64,000 nucleotides of DNA, taken from NCBI GenBank assembly GCA_000388065.2, contig KB932201.1. One strand, given 5' to 3'. The notes under the pieces were generated by a model that was given only the letters and a program-made list of their open reading frames with translations, had not been told where the DNA came from and did not search any database. Position numbers and translations under genes: made by a program. Shown in pieces: positions 24,024 through 36,875 of this stretch. This stretch comes from Fonticula alba ATCC 38817. Its lineage: Eukaryota; Protista; Nucleariida. Numbering within the stretch: the first letter of the stretch is position 1; each line of letters starts with the position of its first letter.

Positions 24024-26401
24024 GAGCCAAAGGCGAAGGTGCGGGGTACGTCAGTTTCCCGATCCCCTCGGAGGAAAGAGAGCAGGGCACAACTCGGGGT
24101 GGGGGAGTGAAACAGGCCCTTGGTCCTGGCGCTGGCTCCCCCGCCCCCGCCCCCCCCCCTCATCGCTCCCGCCCTGGCAAGGGCAGGAACAAAAGGGGAC
24201 CGACAAGAGAGCGGCAAGCCGCCCCTGGATGCGCGATCTGGCCTCGAGTCGACTGGCGCCCCGCACGCCATCGCAAGGACCGACGGCGGGGGGGCTCACT
24301 TCCCCCGGCACCTTGATGAGGCGGGCCGGCCGACCGGCCAGCCGGCCGGGCGGGCACAGCACAATATCTCCACAGCTTTATTAACCATCGTGTCCCATGT
24401 GGCCACCACACGCCTGGCCGGTGGCGGGGCCCGGGGGGCTTGCTCCCGGGTGGGGGGGGGGGGGGGACGAGGGGCAGGACACTACATCTGCCATCGTCGG
24501 GACGTGCCCGCCCAGGCTCGACAGGGCCGAGGCAAGGCGAGCACGCAGATTGATTGGTATCCTGTCGCGCCAGGAACGGGGGGTCAAGGAGGCCGGACAC
24601 GCCCTTGCGCTCCTCTCGGCTCCCCCCATCCCCGGGCCGGGGAACGAGCGCCTACAAGTGGCTGAGGGTTTCCCCAAGCCAGGCTCGCAAGGAATTCCCC
24701 CTCCCCCTGGTTCATTGGGCCCAGGGCGGTTATCGACCAAGGCCGACATTCCATTCGGCCACCGAAACGAACACACAAGTACGCAGCAGGAGGCGCCAAG
24801 ACCCGGAGAAGGGAGGGGCCGGGGGGTGGGGCGCAGGAACAGGGCCCCCCAAACGAGACCGAAGTACCGGGAGGGACGCAAAGGGGGGCGGGTGCGGGTG
24901 CGGGTGCGGGTGCCGGCGCCCGCGCCGGTGCAGGGGGGGGGCAACGGTCGGGAGGGTCAAAGGACCGCGTCACCCGGCATTCGGATGTCCACGGGCGCCG
25001 AGAGCGGGGCCCCAGGGCCGAAAAGTTGCCGGAGTGCGGGATACCGCCCGCTCGCCGAGACGACCAGGAGAATGGCTTGGAGAGTCCACACAACTGAGCA
25101 AGGTGGGGCGGGGGGCACCTCCCTTGTTGCTCACAGACAGGGACATCACCGCGCAAGAGCCGCGCGACCGACGTCCGCCGGTGGCCAAACGCAGCCGCCG
25201 GAGGTGGGGGGCCGGCCGGAGTCCCAGGGTGCAAGGCGGCATACCCTCCCCGCCCATCCCTCCGCCCTGCATCCCACAGGGACTCGAGGCAGGCCGCTCC
25301 CTCTTTTTGCATACACGCTCCCACGCCCCCCCCCCCCCCCCCCCCTTGGCTGACTCAACACCCCGCCGGCTCACAGGGTGGTGCTGCTCTACAGTTCAAC
25401 TGGCCTCCTGATTGGACACGGCCGCTTCGGCACTTTCGTCAGACCCCCTCAGCTCCGGCCCCCCCCCCCCCTCCCCCCCTTGCCTCCGCCGGAGAAGAGG
25501 GGGTGCGTACCCCCCCCACCCCCCCCCGTTGCCGGGGCGCGGCGCGTCAATGTGTCTCTGCATCTCGGACACACGCACAATCGCTCGTTCCAGCCAGGAA
25601 AATGGCAAGGTATGCCCCTCAGGAGCAGGTGGAATGCACGGCCGTGCAAATGCCCTCTAGATCACCTTCTCCGCGTGTGTTTAACTCGCTTCCTTTTGAT
25701 CGTCCGGTCGGTTAAGTGGCGCGTTTGGTGCCATCTCCAAATTCCCAGGAGCGGCCGTCGGAATTTCGTTTCAAATGTACGTAGCCACGGGCTGCCGAGG
25801 GGCTTCGTCTTCTAGGCAGCCCCTCTTTTTGTCCCTCCGCCCCGCACGCCTGTGTGTGCCCCCGCACCCTCCTCCCCCCATTCTCCCCCAGCTGGCCGAC
25901 TCTGCAGGCCTTTTCAATCCACTGGTCGTGGCCTTCTGAGAAGATTCCTCGCCCAGCCCGAGAGCACTCGACCGGAGTTGTGCGCCCCCCTCCAATGAGC
26001 CGACCACTTCTCCATCCTCGCCGTGGGCCGCAGCTCGATCAGGGGGCGGGGCGGGAAAGACCCGACGAACAACCGTCGAAGGCCGCCAATGTCAGCTGCG
26101 GCCAGCACCCTGGGGAGAAGCCGCTGGACAAAAAGCGAGAGAAGGGGGCGAGAGGGGCTTGCTGACTAGAGGAAACGCCCTCATCGAGCGGCGCCCAAAG
26201 GCCGGGGCCATGGAAACGGGCACACGCACGCAAGTTCAGCAGCCCCCTCCCCCGCGCCCATCCCCCTCTACCCCTCCCTCCTCCCCTGACTTTTGGATTG
26301 ACGCTGCCCACCCTCTTTGAGCCCATAACCAGCGCGACGTCCTCTCCCTCTTCCGCCCCTCTCCCCCCTCCCTTCCTCCATCTGCTCAACTCTGCGCAAA
26401 C

Positions 26402-26588
26402 ATGGCATCCAATCAGCCCATCGACCTATGGAAACCCTTTCACTTTATTTCGCTGGCCAGCGACAGTTCGGCTCAGCGCCCGCAGTTTCGCATCAACGAA
26501 CAGGCTGTTAGGGCTCTCGAGAAGATGAGGGTCCCCATTTCAGTGCGTTCCCCCTTCGATCCCTGCAAGGACTTGCGTCTGCCCCTCT

Positions 26589-26620
<32 letters not shown>

Positions 26621-29070
26621 ACGCACACACACACACACGCGCTCGCGCGCGCGCGCGCGCGCGCGTATACATGGCTCTTACGCCCATGGATTTCCCAACT
26701 GTCGACGACTGACTCGATCATCATGCAGGTGGTGGGCATTGTCGGTCTCTATCGCACTGGCAAGTCGTATGTTCTGAATCGCCTGTCTGGCCGGCAGTCG
26801 GGCGCTGGCGGCTTCGCTCTTGGATCCACCATTGGTCCGTCCACCCCTCCATCCCCGGGCGCCCCGGCCCCGCTTTGCAATTCCCCCCTCTCCCTATCCC
26901 TGCCACCCTCGGCTGACCGGTCTGGATGGTCTAGAACCCTGCACACGCGGCATCTGGGCCTGTCTGGTGGATCCCGACGCCGTCAGGCGCGAGTTCCCGG
27001 GCGTGGATCTCCCCGGCATCCAAACCTCGGTCTGCCTGCTGCTGGATACCGAGGGGCTTGGGTCATATGCGGCAGATCGGACGCACGATGCCTCGGTCTT
27101 CGCCCTGGCCATTCGCCTATCCTCGCTGCTGGTGTACAATTCGGTTGGCTCCATCGATGAGGGGGCCCTTGAGAAACTTGGGTACGCGTGCTGATCGGCG
27201 CCGCCCCACATGCCGCTCCACATGCGGCCACCGACTGACTGGCCCCTGCCTCCTGCTGGCGACCCTACCTTCGGCCTTGCTTTCCCCCTGCCACCCGCAG
27301 CCTTGTCGTCGAGTTGACCCGGCAATTGTCAACCAAGGACAAGGCCAATGCCGGCGGCAGTGGCGGCAAGAACAACCTCATCGACGCCCTGGACAGCCCG
27401 CGCTTCATCTGGCTGCTGCGGGACTTCAGCCTGAAGCTGGAGACCTCGGATGGGCGAAAGATCACCCCGGCCGAGTATCTGGAGCATGCATTGCAGGTGG
27501 TGCCGGAGCCGCGGGCGGCACTCGCCGCAGGGGGAGCCTCCGCCTCCTCGTCGAAGAACCAAACTCGCGCGTCCATCTCCCGGGCCTTCCCGAACCGCGG
27601 GTGCCATGCCCTTCGGCGACCCGTGCGCGATGAGGCCGACCTGCAGGCCCTCGGCCGGGGCGACCGCCAGATCGAGCAGGCCCTCCGGCCGGAGTTCCTG
27701 ACCGATGTGGATGCCTTTATCCGAGATGTGTACCGCGAGTTGCCGGTGGTGCGCGCACGCGGTGTGCCGATGAACGGCCAGAGTGCGTGCCGACCACCCG
27801 CCAAAAGCGGCCGTGGACCAATGCACTTTTCGATCCAAATGCGCAGCACGTACTGACACGCAAAAACCATCCCCGCCCGCTCCCCCGGCCAAAACGTCCC
27901 CACACAACAAACACACAGTGTACATCGACTATGTTGAGGCGGTGGTCAAGTCCATCAATGCCGGGGCTTTGCCTGTCCTGTCATCCACCTATGCCAGCGT
28001 GCTCTCATCGCAGAAGGCCCGCATGTGCGAGGCACTGCTCCAGGAGTTCGATCGTCAGGTTGCACACCTCAGCGCGCCCGTGCCCGCGGGAACTCCGCCC
28101 GTCCAGATGGATGACTTTGACCAGCTTCTCTCGCGTGCCCGATCGGCCTTTGCACACATCTCCATCATGTATGCCGGTGACCTGGCCGAGACGGCCTCCC
28201 TGCCCGGGGACTTTGCCCTGCCCGCCGGGTCCGAGGCCAGTGATCTGATTGGCTGGAGGGCTTTCGAGCGGGAACTGCTCAATCGTCGCCAGAACTTCGA
28301 GCGTGCGCTGACTGACGCCTCGCGCACCGTGTGCATTCGTCTGGCCGAAGAGCTTCTGGACGATTTCCGGTTCGTCTCCCCCATCAGAGCGTGGTCTCTG
28401 GTCCTGCCCCTTCCTGGCATCACGCTTTCCCTCTTTTTTTTCTCCATCCCCTCTCTCCTCTCTCCTCTCTCTCCTCTCTCCTCTCTCCTCTCTCTTCTCT
28501 CTCCTCTCTCCTCTCTCCTCTCTCGCTTTCCCTCTTTTTTTTCTCCATCCCCTCTCTCCTCTCCTCTCTCTCCTCTCTCCTCTCCCCTCTCCCCTCTCCC
28601 CTCTCCCCTCTCTCCTCTCTTCGTATATATGCACACCCCGCCCCCCCCCCTCCCCCTGCCCATTTCCATTGACGCTCTACAATGGCCCCCCTCCCAGGGA
28701 CGAGTGCGATAGCCTCGACAGTTGGGATCTCTTCTCTGCGGCAGCTGATGAGCTCCTTTCCAAGTACGATCGCGCGGCCATCGGCCCGGCCCGGCATCTG
28801 CCCCACCGGATGCTGATGCGATCGATCGTAGACTCGGGGTCGGCATTGGCGGCGGCACTGGCGCGCGAGGAGCGTCAGACGCTTGAGCGCTCTTTCCAGG
28901 CGGAGCTGGACCACGCCACAACCCGAGCCCGGCGTCTTGAGACCGAGGCCGAGCACTCGCAGAAGACGGTCGATCGTGCCCGAGCCGAGGCTACTCGTCT
29001 CAATAATGAGAACATTGCCCTGATGAAGTCCCTGGAGAAGGTGGCCGACGCGCTGACCGACATGCGATGA
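26402..29070 (+). CDS. Guanylate-binding protein (GBP; GB1/RHD3 dynamin-like GTPase) with helical C-terminus; 6 exons, ~599 aa
   Basis: Exons 26402-26542, 26729-26834, 26935-27181, 27301-27782, 27919-28369 and 28698-29070 total 1800 nt in frame. G1 VGLYRTGKSY, G2 TRGIW, G3 LLDTEGLG, FALAIRLSSLLVYNS, G4 FIWLLRDF, and a coiled-coil-like end. Confidence 0.93.
28450..28620 (+). repeat. Intronic pyrimidine-only (CTCTC/CTCC) compound microsatellite
   Basis: Read directly in intron 5 of the GBP gene. Confidence 0.9.
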
Positions 29071-30251
29071 GCGTGCTTCTGGGCCATCAGTGCGGCTGTG
29101 CTTGAAATAGACCCTCGTGACCGGGGCTGCTCGTGATTCGAAGTCGTCTCTTTTCCAAGCCCCGGGCTGAAGAGCGTCTACTCGAGGGAGGGGGGCGGGG
29201 GGGGGGCCAGGGCAAGCCAAATGCCCAGAGACGTCCGGGCGACGCGCATGTTAACAGCCTTCTAGCACATGCCCGAAAGTGGACAAAGAAAGGCCCTCGG
29301 CCCGCGCCCTGGGTGCCCAAGGGAGCAGGAGGGAGAAGCAATGCCCGCGATCAATACATTCCGATGGCGGTCTGCCAGCCAACCGGGCCGTGTTCCCTCG
29401 GCCACTAACCTAGGAAGGGACAGGCTTGAGCATGCCCCCCCCCCCCCCACCGCCCTCCTCGTCCCGTCTTCGCTCGTTGACCAACCCTGCCCGAGGGGGT
29501 TTGGACTTGTTGCACGAGCCCGAATAACTGACGACAACACCGGCATGCGGAGACGCCCACGCGTGCGCCCGAGCGCGGAGTGCGTTGCCCATATGGGATG
29601 TAAGAGGGGGCCAGGGCTTCAGAGGCGCGGAAATGGCGCGGTCCTGGCGCATCTCCGGCGCCGGCACAATGTGCCGGAGAAATGCGCCCCGGCGAGCAGG
29701 AATACGGCTGAGGTGCTGGGCGCCGCGTCCCTCGAGCCCGGGATGGCTGACTGGCCCGGCATCCGGGTCGTGGCGGAAAATGCCGCGGGCGATATTTGGC
29801 AAATCGCGCGCCGGAGAGGAGAGAATGCGCCAGAGGCTGGCCGCGGGCCGGAGAAACGCATGACAGACGGCGGGGAATGTGCCCTGGCGGTCGGCGATCA
29901 AGGAACGGCGACAGGAGAATGGAGCAGGATCATTTTTTGCTGATCTCCCTCGAGCGAATGCATGAGTTATGCCAGGCAGTGGCGGGGGCAATATTGTGCG
30001 GCAGCACAACGCCGCTCGCGGCGCCACGCCCCCGCCGCCGCGCGCCGGACTCGCGGGGATTTGGCCCCCCCATTCCATGCCGCGGCATCGGGGCGACCGT
30101 CTGGTGAAAGCCGGCGCCCATCCAACCGTCGGGGATTTCGGCTGACTGGCGAGCGAGACGAGGTCTCCCAGGGCGAATGTCCCCTCTCTCCCGGTCATCC
30201 TGGTCCAAGGCTGGTGGAAGAGTTCGGGCGCGAGACTCCCGCGGCCCCCCG

Positions 30252-30290
<39 letters not shown>

Positions 30291-30300
30291 ACCCCCCCCC

Positions 30301-30333
<33 letters not shown>

Positions 30334-31841
30334 CCCCCCCCCCCCCCCCCCCCCCCCCACACACCTGGCAGGAAATAAACCGTCTGCCCTCCTGGAGGGG
30401 GCATCTCCCTGTCAGGATGGGCCGCAGCCACCAGTGCCAACTCTCAACAGGGACCTCTAGAGAGGCCACTGGCTCCTCGGCTGGGGACGCCCTGCCGCCT
30501 CGCCCCCCCCCTGACGTGGTGAAAGGCCACCGTATGCGCATGCAGGCGGACCAGCGTTCCCCCCCCCCTCAGGACCCGGCGGCCACGAACTCCGAGCCCG
30601 CGGGCGCCTCCCCCTGCCAGACACTTTCGGAAAAGCGGTCCAGGCGCCAGGCCCCCTGCGTGCAGATCGTTCGATCGTTCGGTTGGCCCCAGCTCTCGGG
30701 TTTCACATGGCGGCAAACGCTTTCGGTCACGGCGATCCCCGAGGGGGGCGGCCGGGGTGGAAGGCGAGGACTCATCGCCCGCCCCCGGGCATGCCCCTGC
30801 CCGGCCTCCGCCCAGCCCTCGAGGTCGCGGCCCGGGCTCCCCCCGCGAGCGAGAGGACCCCGGAGCCCAACAGAGGGTGTGGGATGCAGCGCGGCGGGAT
30901 GGGTGCCCGAGGGGGAGGGGTGTTCAGCACGAGCCCGGCCCCCCCCCCCCCCCCCCCGGGAGGCCCGGCACACGCCGCACGCTGCCATTACACTATCCCA
31001 GTTCAGGCCCGCCGGTAGCCGCCAATGGAGCACCCCGGCGCGACTCGCCGCCCTCCCGCGAGGGTAAGGCCGCACGGTGCTTTCCAGGAAGACACGGCCC
31101 CGGGGTCCCGTGTGGTCGGCCAACGGGCCTCGAGCCCTCTTCTCGCCGGGTGGGGCAGGACGGCCGTCGCAAGATCCCGCACGGGCCCCGGGGGCGCACA
31201 TGGCAGAGGCGTGCCCGCCATCCGCCTCGCACCGGGGCGAGAGGGATCACCGACAGGGCCACCCGGAGCGCGGGGGCCGAACACACGGACGCCCGCCGAA
31301 TGCCAGCCCGCGCATAGTCCCAGTCCATGAGACAAGAGTGGGCCCATGCACGGGGAGGAGGCCCCAGTCTGTCGGGAGGGGGGGGGGACACAAGCATCCT
31401 GCCTGAGGGGTTATAGCGCCTCTTGCACTGGCCTCTAATCAGGGCCGGGGGGGGGGACATGGCGTGCCGGCCCACTTGCGGCGCTCCCCGCAGCGCTGTC
31501 GCGCCGTCGCGGTCATTCTTGCCTACCAGGAAAACGGGATGGGGGCTCCGCTTTCTTGGCCAGGGCATCTATGAATGGGGAGGGGGGGCATGCGTGTCAG
31601 TCCGGACTCGGGGACGGCGGTTCCCCTCTGGGCAAGTCTGCACCTCCTCGGCCCTGCCCCCGCCAACCCGCCCGGAGGGCGCGAGGGGCACGGGCAGGGG
31701 AGGATAAGAGCCGCCTCTTCGAATCGCCACTACCCAGGTTGCCACATCCCCCATCAGTGTGACGCCCGATCCCGCCTCGCATTCCCCTCCCCCCCCCCTG
31801 CCCTCTCCCGCGCACGCACATACCCACCCACACCAGCAACC

Positions 31842-32499
31842 ATGAGCGACAACTCCTACCCCCCTCCCGCCGACACCAAGCAGGACGCCCCCCCCGCCTC
31901 CGGTGGTGGCAACACCTCTGTCAGCGTCTCCGTCTCGGCGGTCTTTAGCCTGCGCGGCCTCCTGCGTATGGCTCTCTTCTCCTGCGCCCTCATCGGTGTC
32001 ATTCTCTGTGGCCATGGCTTCGGTGCTGGTGGCTGGTACACCTTCGTGGCCGTTTGCTCTCTCCTCTTCTGTCTCTACTTCATCATCCACTATGCCTTCC
32101 TGGGCAGCCTCTACCCCAGCAGCTTCGCCGCCTTCTGCCCTTCGATTGAGTTCTGGTTCGATTCTACCTGGACTGTGTTCTGGCTGATCGCCGCCATCGT
32201 CGTCTTTGTGGATTACCACCACTTTGGCCGTCTCATCGCGGCTGGTGTGTTCGGGTGCGTTCTCAACATCATCCCCCACTGGCCCCTCCCTTTCTTTTTT
32301 TTTTCCCTGGTCCAGCGCCCGATGTTCCCCGGGCGCGCCTCCTCCTTGGCCCATCCCCCCGCCCGCCCCCTGGTGGTCACGCATCACTGACACCATACCG
32401 CACATGTCCAGTCTGGTTTGCGCTGGTCTCCACGGCGTGCTGGCCATCATGATGTGTGCCCATGCCCGGTGCAACGGCGCCATCACCATCACCGTCTAA
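31842..32499 (+). CDS. MARVEL-domain four-transmembrane protein; 2 exons (31842-32254, 32412-32499), ~166 aa
   Basis: Four hydrophobic segments, an N-terminal FSLRGLLR motif and AAGVFG before the last helix, as in MAL/CMTM-type MARVEL proteins. The phase-2 intron (GTGCGT...CAG) restores the fourth helix. Confidence 0.72.
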
Positions 32500-34855
32500 G
32501 GGGGGGAGCAGCAGTGGACGTGTGTGCCCCTCTCCCGCCCATTTTTTCTCGTACCTCGACGCTGTTGTCCCGTGTACCTGTCAGTTTCCCCGGCATCTTT
32601 TTCCTGTCCCCAGCCCGTCGCCGGGCGCGGACTCTCTGCTTCTTGCATTCTCCCCTGCCCCTCTCCTCCCCGTTGTTCTCGGGGGAGGAGTAAAGCACGC
32701 CCCAGCGCGCGCGCCTCACCGAAGTCTGCGCAGCACGAGAATGAGTATCCTCTCGGCGCGCGCATGTGCTGCGCGCGTGCCCTCCCTACCATGCTGGGGT
32801 ATATCCACACGCAATATACATACATAAACCACAAAGCCACACACCCGCGCGCGGCGCAATATGCACGGAAGGGTAGCGAGCTTGCCGGCGACACCGAAGA
32901 GCTCCCCGCGGCTCGTGCATATGTGTGCGAGAGGGGGGGGGGGATGAGGCACAGGGAAGGGGGATTCTGTCCAGAATGCGCGGCTCTCCACACACGAGCG
33001 GGAAAGTTGGCATGGATGCCAGTTGATCGTGAGCTGTAGCGAGGAGCCAGCGAAGTGGGCAATCCAAGCGGCCTCCGGCAACGTGCGGGCGGACGGCGAG
33101 GGCGGGGGGGGGGGGGAGGCAGCAAATCAGCCCACTGGCATGGGGGTGGAGGGGGGATAAAAGGGGCAAAGAGGGCGAGGCATGTGCGAACTGTCCTCCC
33201 TCCCCCCGCTCCCTGCCCGGCCACATACCAAACACAGGTACGCACGGTGCACGACCAGCTGATGCCGGCGGCGGAGGTCCCCTCGCCTGACGGGGGGAAC
33301 AACTGCCGCCCCCGGGGGTGGCAGGCAATACAAGCCGAAGAAACAAGGCCCGCGGCAGGCTTGGAGAGAAAGGGCGCACCAGCCGTGAACAACAATCCCT
33401 GGCATGTGGGAGGGGGGGAGGGGGGGGGGGGGCGAGGGTGTGCCACCGGGGCCCCATACCGCGGTGTGCCTACCGCGGTGCGCCCACCCTGCCCACAGGG
33501 CGCCGGCCCAAAGAGGAATGCGAAATGTGGCCGGGTGATGTCCACATGCGTGATTCTGGATCCTCTCGAAGATGATCATGTTATCTCTCTGGTGATTGAT
33601 CCGCCCGCTGGAGTTTTGGGAGCCCCCCGGGGGGGGGGGCGCGCGCGTCCACAGGGGCCAGCGCCGGCGCGTGCGGAGGTATTTGCAGACACGGTTGAAA
33701 AAGGATGCGGCGACGGAAAAACACTCGGAGCGCCAAGATGCGGCGCGCTATGGGCCCTGCGGGGTCGACGGAATTCGGACGAGGAAGGGGAGACGCCGAT
33801 GGACCTTGATGAGCGGCTTTTAGGGCGTTCGGCCGAAGAAGAACAGGCACACGGGGTGTTGGGTATTTGTCCATTTTCGGGCGCGCTCGAGCGGAAAGGC
33901 GCCCGCCTCTCCTTTTGCCCAGCTCCCTCCCGCCATGGCCATAACCCTGTGCATGCTCTGGCGCATCACCCGCCCGTGCGCACGCGGAGGCGGGAAGGAC
34001 ACGGGCGAGCGAGCGAGCGAGCGAGCGAGCGAGCACAGGCGGCTCGAGGGGTGACGGAGGACCACTTGCGCCAGCGTCCAGGGAGCGCGGAAAGCGGATT
34101 GTCTGTGCATTCCTTTCGCAGAGTCAAAAGGCGGGGGATTGTATCTTGTAAAGTCGGTATTATTTGTCTTCATTTTTTGGTTTCCGCGCCGTTCGGACTC
34201 CATCCCCGAGGAGGAGCAGGGGCGGGCACAACCCGATTGTTTTTTTGTTTTTTTTTTTTCGCGACCCTCTCTGGCCGGATGGTGGGTGGGGCTGTTTGTA
34301 TGCTCTACCTCGACTCCGGGTGCATGGGACCCGAGACGGGCGGGGGCGGCCGGGCCGGCGACGAGAAACCCAGCCCGATCCCCCTTTTGTCCTGCTCCCA
34401 ATACATGCGTCGTGCTCTTTCCCCGCCCCCCCTCCCCGGCCCTGAGCTGCGGGCCNNNNNNNNNNNNNNNNNNNNNNNNNNNNNNNNNNNNNNNNNNNNN
34501 NNNNNNNNNNNNNNNNNNNNNNNNNNNNNNNNNNNNNNNNNNNNNNNNNNNNNNNNNNNNNNNNNNNNNNNNNNNNNNNNNNNNNNNNNNNNNNNNNNNN
34601 NNNNNNNNNNNNNNNNNNNNNNNNNNNNNNNNNNNNNNNNNNNNNNNNNNNNNNNNNNNNNNNNNNNNNNNNNNNNNNNNNNNNNNNNNNNNNNNNNNNN
34701 NNNNNNNNNNNNNNNNNNNNNNNNNNNNNNNNNNNNNNNNNNNNNNNNNNNNNNNNNNNNNNNNNNNNNNNNNNNNNNNNNNNNNNNNNNNNNNNNNNNN
34801 NNNNNNNNNNNNNNNNNNNNNNNNNNNNNNNNNNNNNNNNNNNNNNNNNNNNNNN

Positions 34856-34891
<36 letters not shown>

Positions 34892-35308
34892 CGACGCGTG
34901 CGTGGGAGGCGGAGGGCGGCCACCACGGCAAGGAAGGAGGGCGGGGCTGTTTGTGTGGGCCTCGCGCGCCCTCCGGCCCCTTCTTCCCCTGACACTGCTC
35001 GGTGCGCTTGCCGGTGCTACCCGGGGCCCGACCGCGGGCAGGCAGCCCCTGGCCCGGCTGCACCTAGCGTGTGTGTGTGCGTGTGTGTGCGTGCGCGCGC
35101 GCGCGCGCGCGTCGCTCCCCGGCGCGGAGGACGATGCGCGCGGGATTGGCCCATTCTTCTTTTATGTGGTAGTCTCTAAATGCCGCCATGGAGGATGGCC
35201 TAAATCCCCCTTGCTGCGTCGTAGCATAGTTGAACCCTTTTTGGTCTTCTTCTTCCTTCGCCTTTCTCTTTTTGGCAAGGTCGTCGTTGCGAGTGAGTGA
35301 CAGGCACC

Positions 35309-36875
35309 ATGTCCCATTTCGCCGCCAACCGCTTCGCTCTCCTTAGCGATGACTCCGGCTCCTTCGCCGCGAAGCCCGCTCCTAAGGCTGCTCCCGCCGT
35401 CGAGGCTGCCCCGGCTGCTGCCCCCAAGCCCCGTGGCAACCGCGCCTCCGGCCCCCGCACTGGCGCCCGTACGTCCTCCCCTCTCCCTCGCCTCTGCGGC
35501 GTGCTGTTGTTCCCTCATTTCCGGCATGCCTCTTTTGCCCCCTCCTCTTCACTTCCGCCGCTGCGCCCGGGCATTTCCGCAATGACCACCACCTGTCGTG
35601 AACTCTCCTGCGTGGCTTTGTCACTGTCATTGTCCTAGGCACACATGTCAAGCTCCAGGTGGCGATGGTGGACGCTGTCCGCGGGGGGACGCTCATGCAC
35701 GCGGGGGCGTCGAGTCCGCACCCCGGGGGCGGGCCGCGTTTCGTGGTGTTCCGGCCGGGGAAGGGCTGATCCTTTCTCGTTCGGATGCCACTTTGCGTTC
35801 TTGCATCCGTTGTATTCGTCTTCCCCAGCTGGCCGGGGGGGGGAACGTATCGCCTTTTTTCCCGCCAAAACATGCCCGCTAACCTGCCTGCTTTGTGGCT
35901 CCCTTCTCCTCTCTCCTCCTCCGACTCACGCGCGGGGTCGTCGCTCGCACGCACCACAGCCCGCGCCCCCAAGTCCACCGCCGCTGAGGGCGAGATCAAC
36001 GCTCAGCTCGGTGAGCGCCCCCCCCGTGCCAACCGCGACCCCGCCCGCCGCACCAACAACCGGTGTGTATTCCCCTCAATCGCCCGCCCTCCGCTCGCCT
36101 TTTTTTTCCGTCCGCGCGCGCGCCGCCTTCTGGTGACTGACACATGCATGGTCCTGTTTCCTCCCCCTCTCTCTCCCCTTCTCCCTCAGCGCTGGTCAGG
36201 TTGCTCGCGGTGGCCGTGAGTTCGATCGCCACTCCGCCCCCCGCCAGTACGTCGCCCCCTGGCACGCGCACATACGCCTTCCCCTTTGCTTTTGTGTGTG
36301 CTGACCAACGACCAACCTCCCTTCCTGTACGCACATCTCTCGCTCTCTCTCTCTCGGCCCCCGGTGTTTTCCCGCCCGCGCGCGTGCCCGTTCACAGCCA
36401 GTCCCAGAAGTCCATGACCCACGGTAAGGGCAACTGGGGCAACGTCGACATGGAGAAGACCGCCGCTGGCGAGACTCCCGCTGCCGACGCTGCTGATGCC
36501 ACCGCCGAGGTCCCCGCCACCGAGGAGGTTGCCAAGCCCAAGGAGGAGGAGGTCGACGACTCCCTCACCCTTGACGACTTCAAGGCCACCCTTGCCAAGC
36601 CCACCTACGAGGTTGCCCCCGCCCGCAAGGCCAACCAGGGCTCCAAGCTCGGCGACGTCACCGTCCTCAAGTCCTCCATCCTGAAGACCGAGGCCGCCCC
36701 CAAGGCCGAGGCCGCCCCCAAGAAGAAGACCCAGGCCAAGTCCGTCGTCCTCGACTTCGGTGCCCCCACCTACACCCCCGAGCGCCCGACCCACGGCAAG
36801 AAGCACGGCAACCATGCTTCCAACCCCGCCTCGGTCAACCTCAAGGATGAGGAGCTCTTCCCCTCCCTCCACTAA
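35309..36875 (+). CDS. Stm1/SERBP1 (HABP4_PAI-RBP1) family ribosome- and mRNA-binding protein; 4 exons
   Basis: N-terminal NRFALL. The small exon starting at 36190 encodes GREFDRHS. Also GKGNWG, LTLDDF and C-terminal DEELFPSL. Introns join in phase, and codon usage is strongly C-ending. Confidence 0.9.

Noticed and set aside
30244-30360. Long poly-C tract (also poly-G at 20356-20490 and 5381-5436) as poly-Pro/Gly coding sequence or functional G-quadruplex
   Set aside because: These are intergenic or intronic, and such tracts coincide with assembly breaks, so their length and purity are unreliable.
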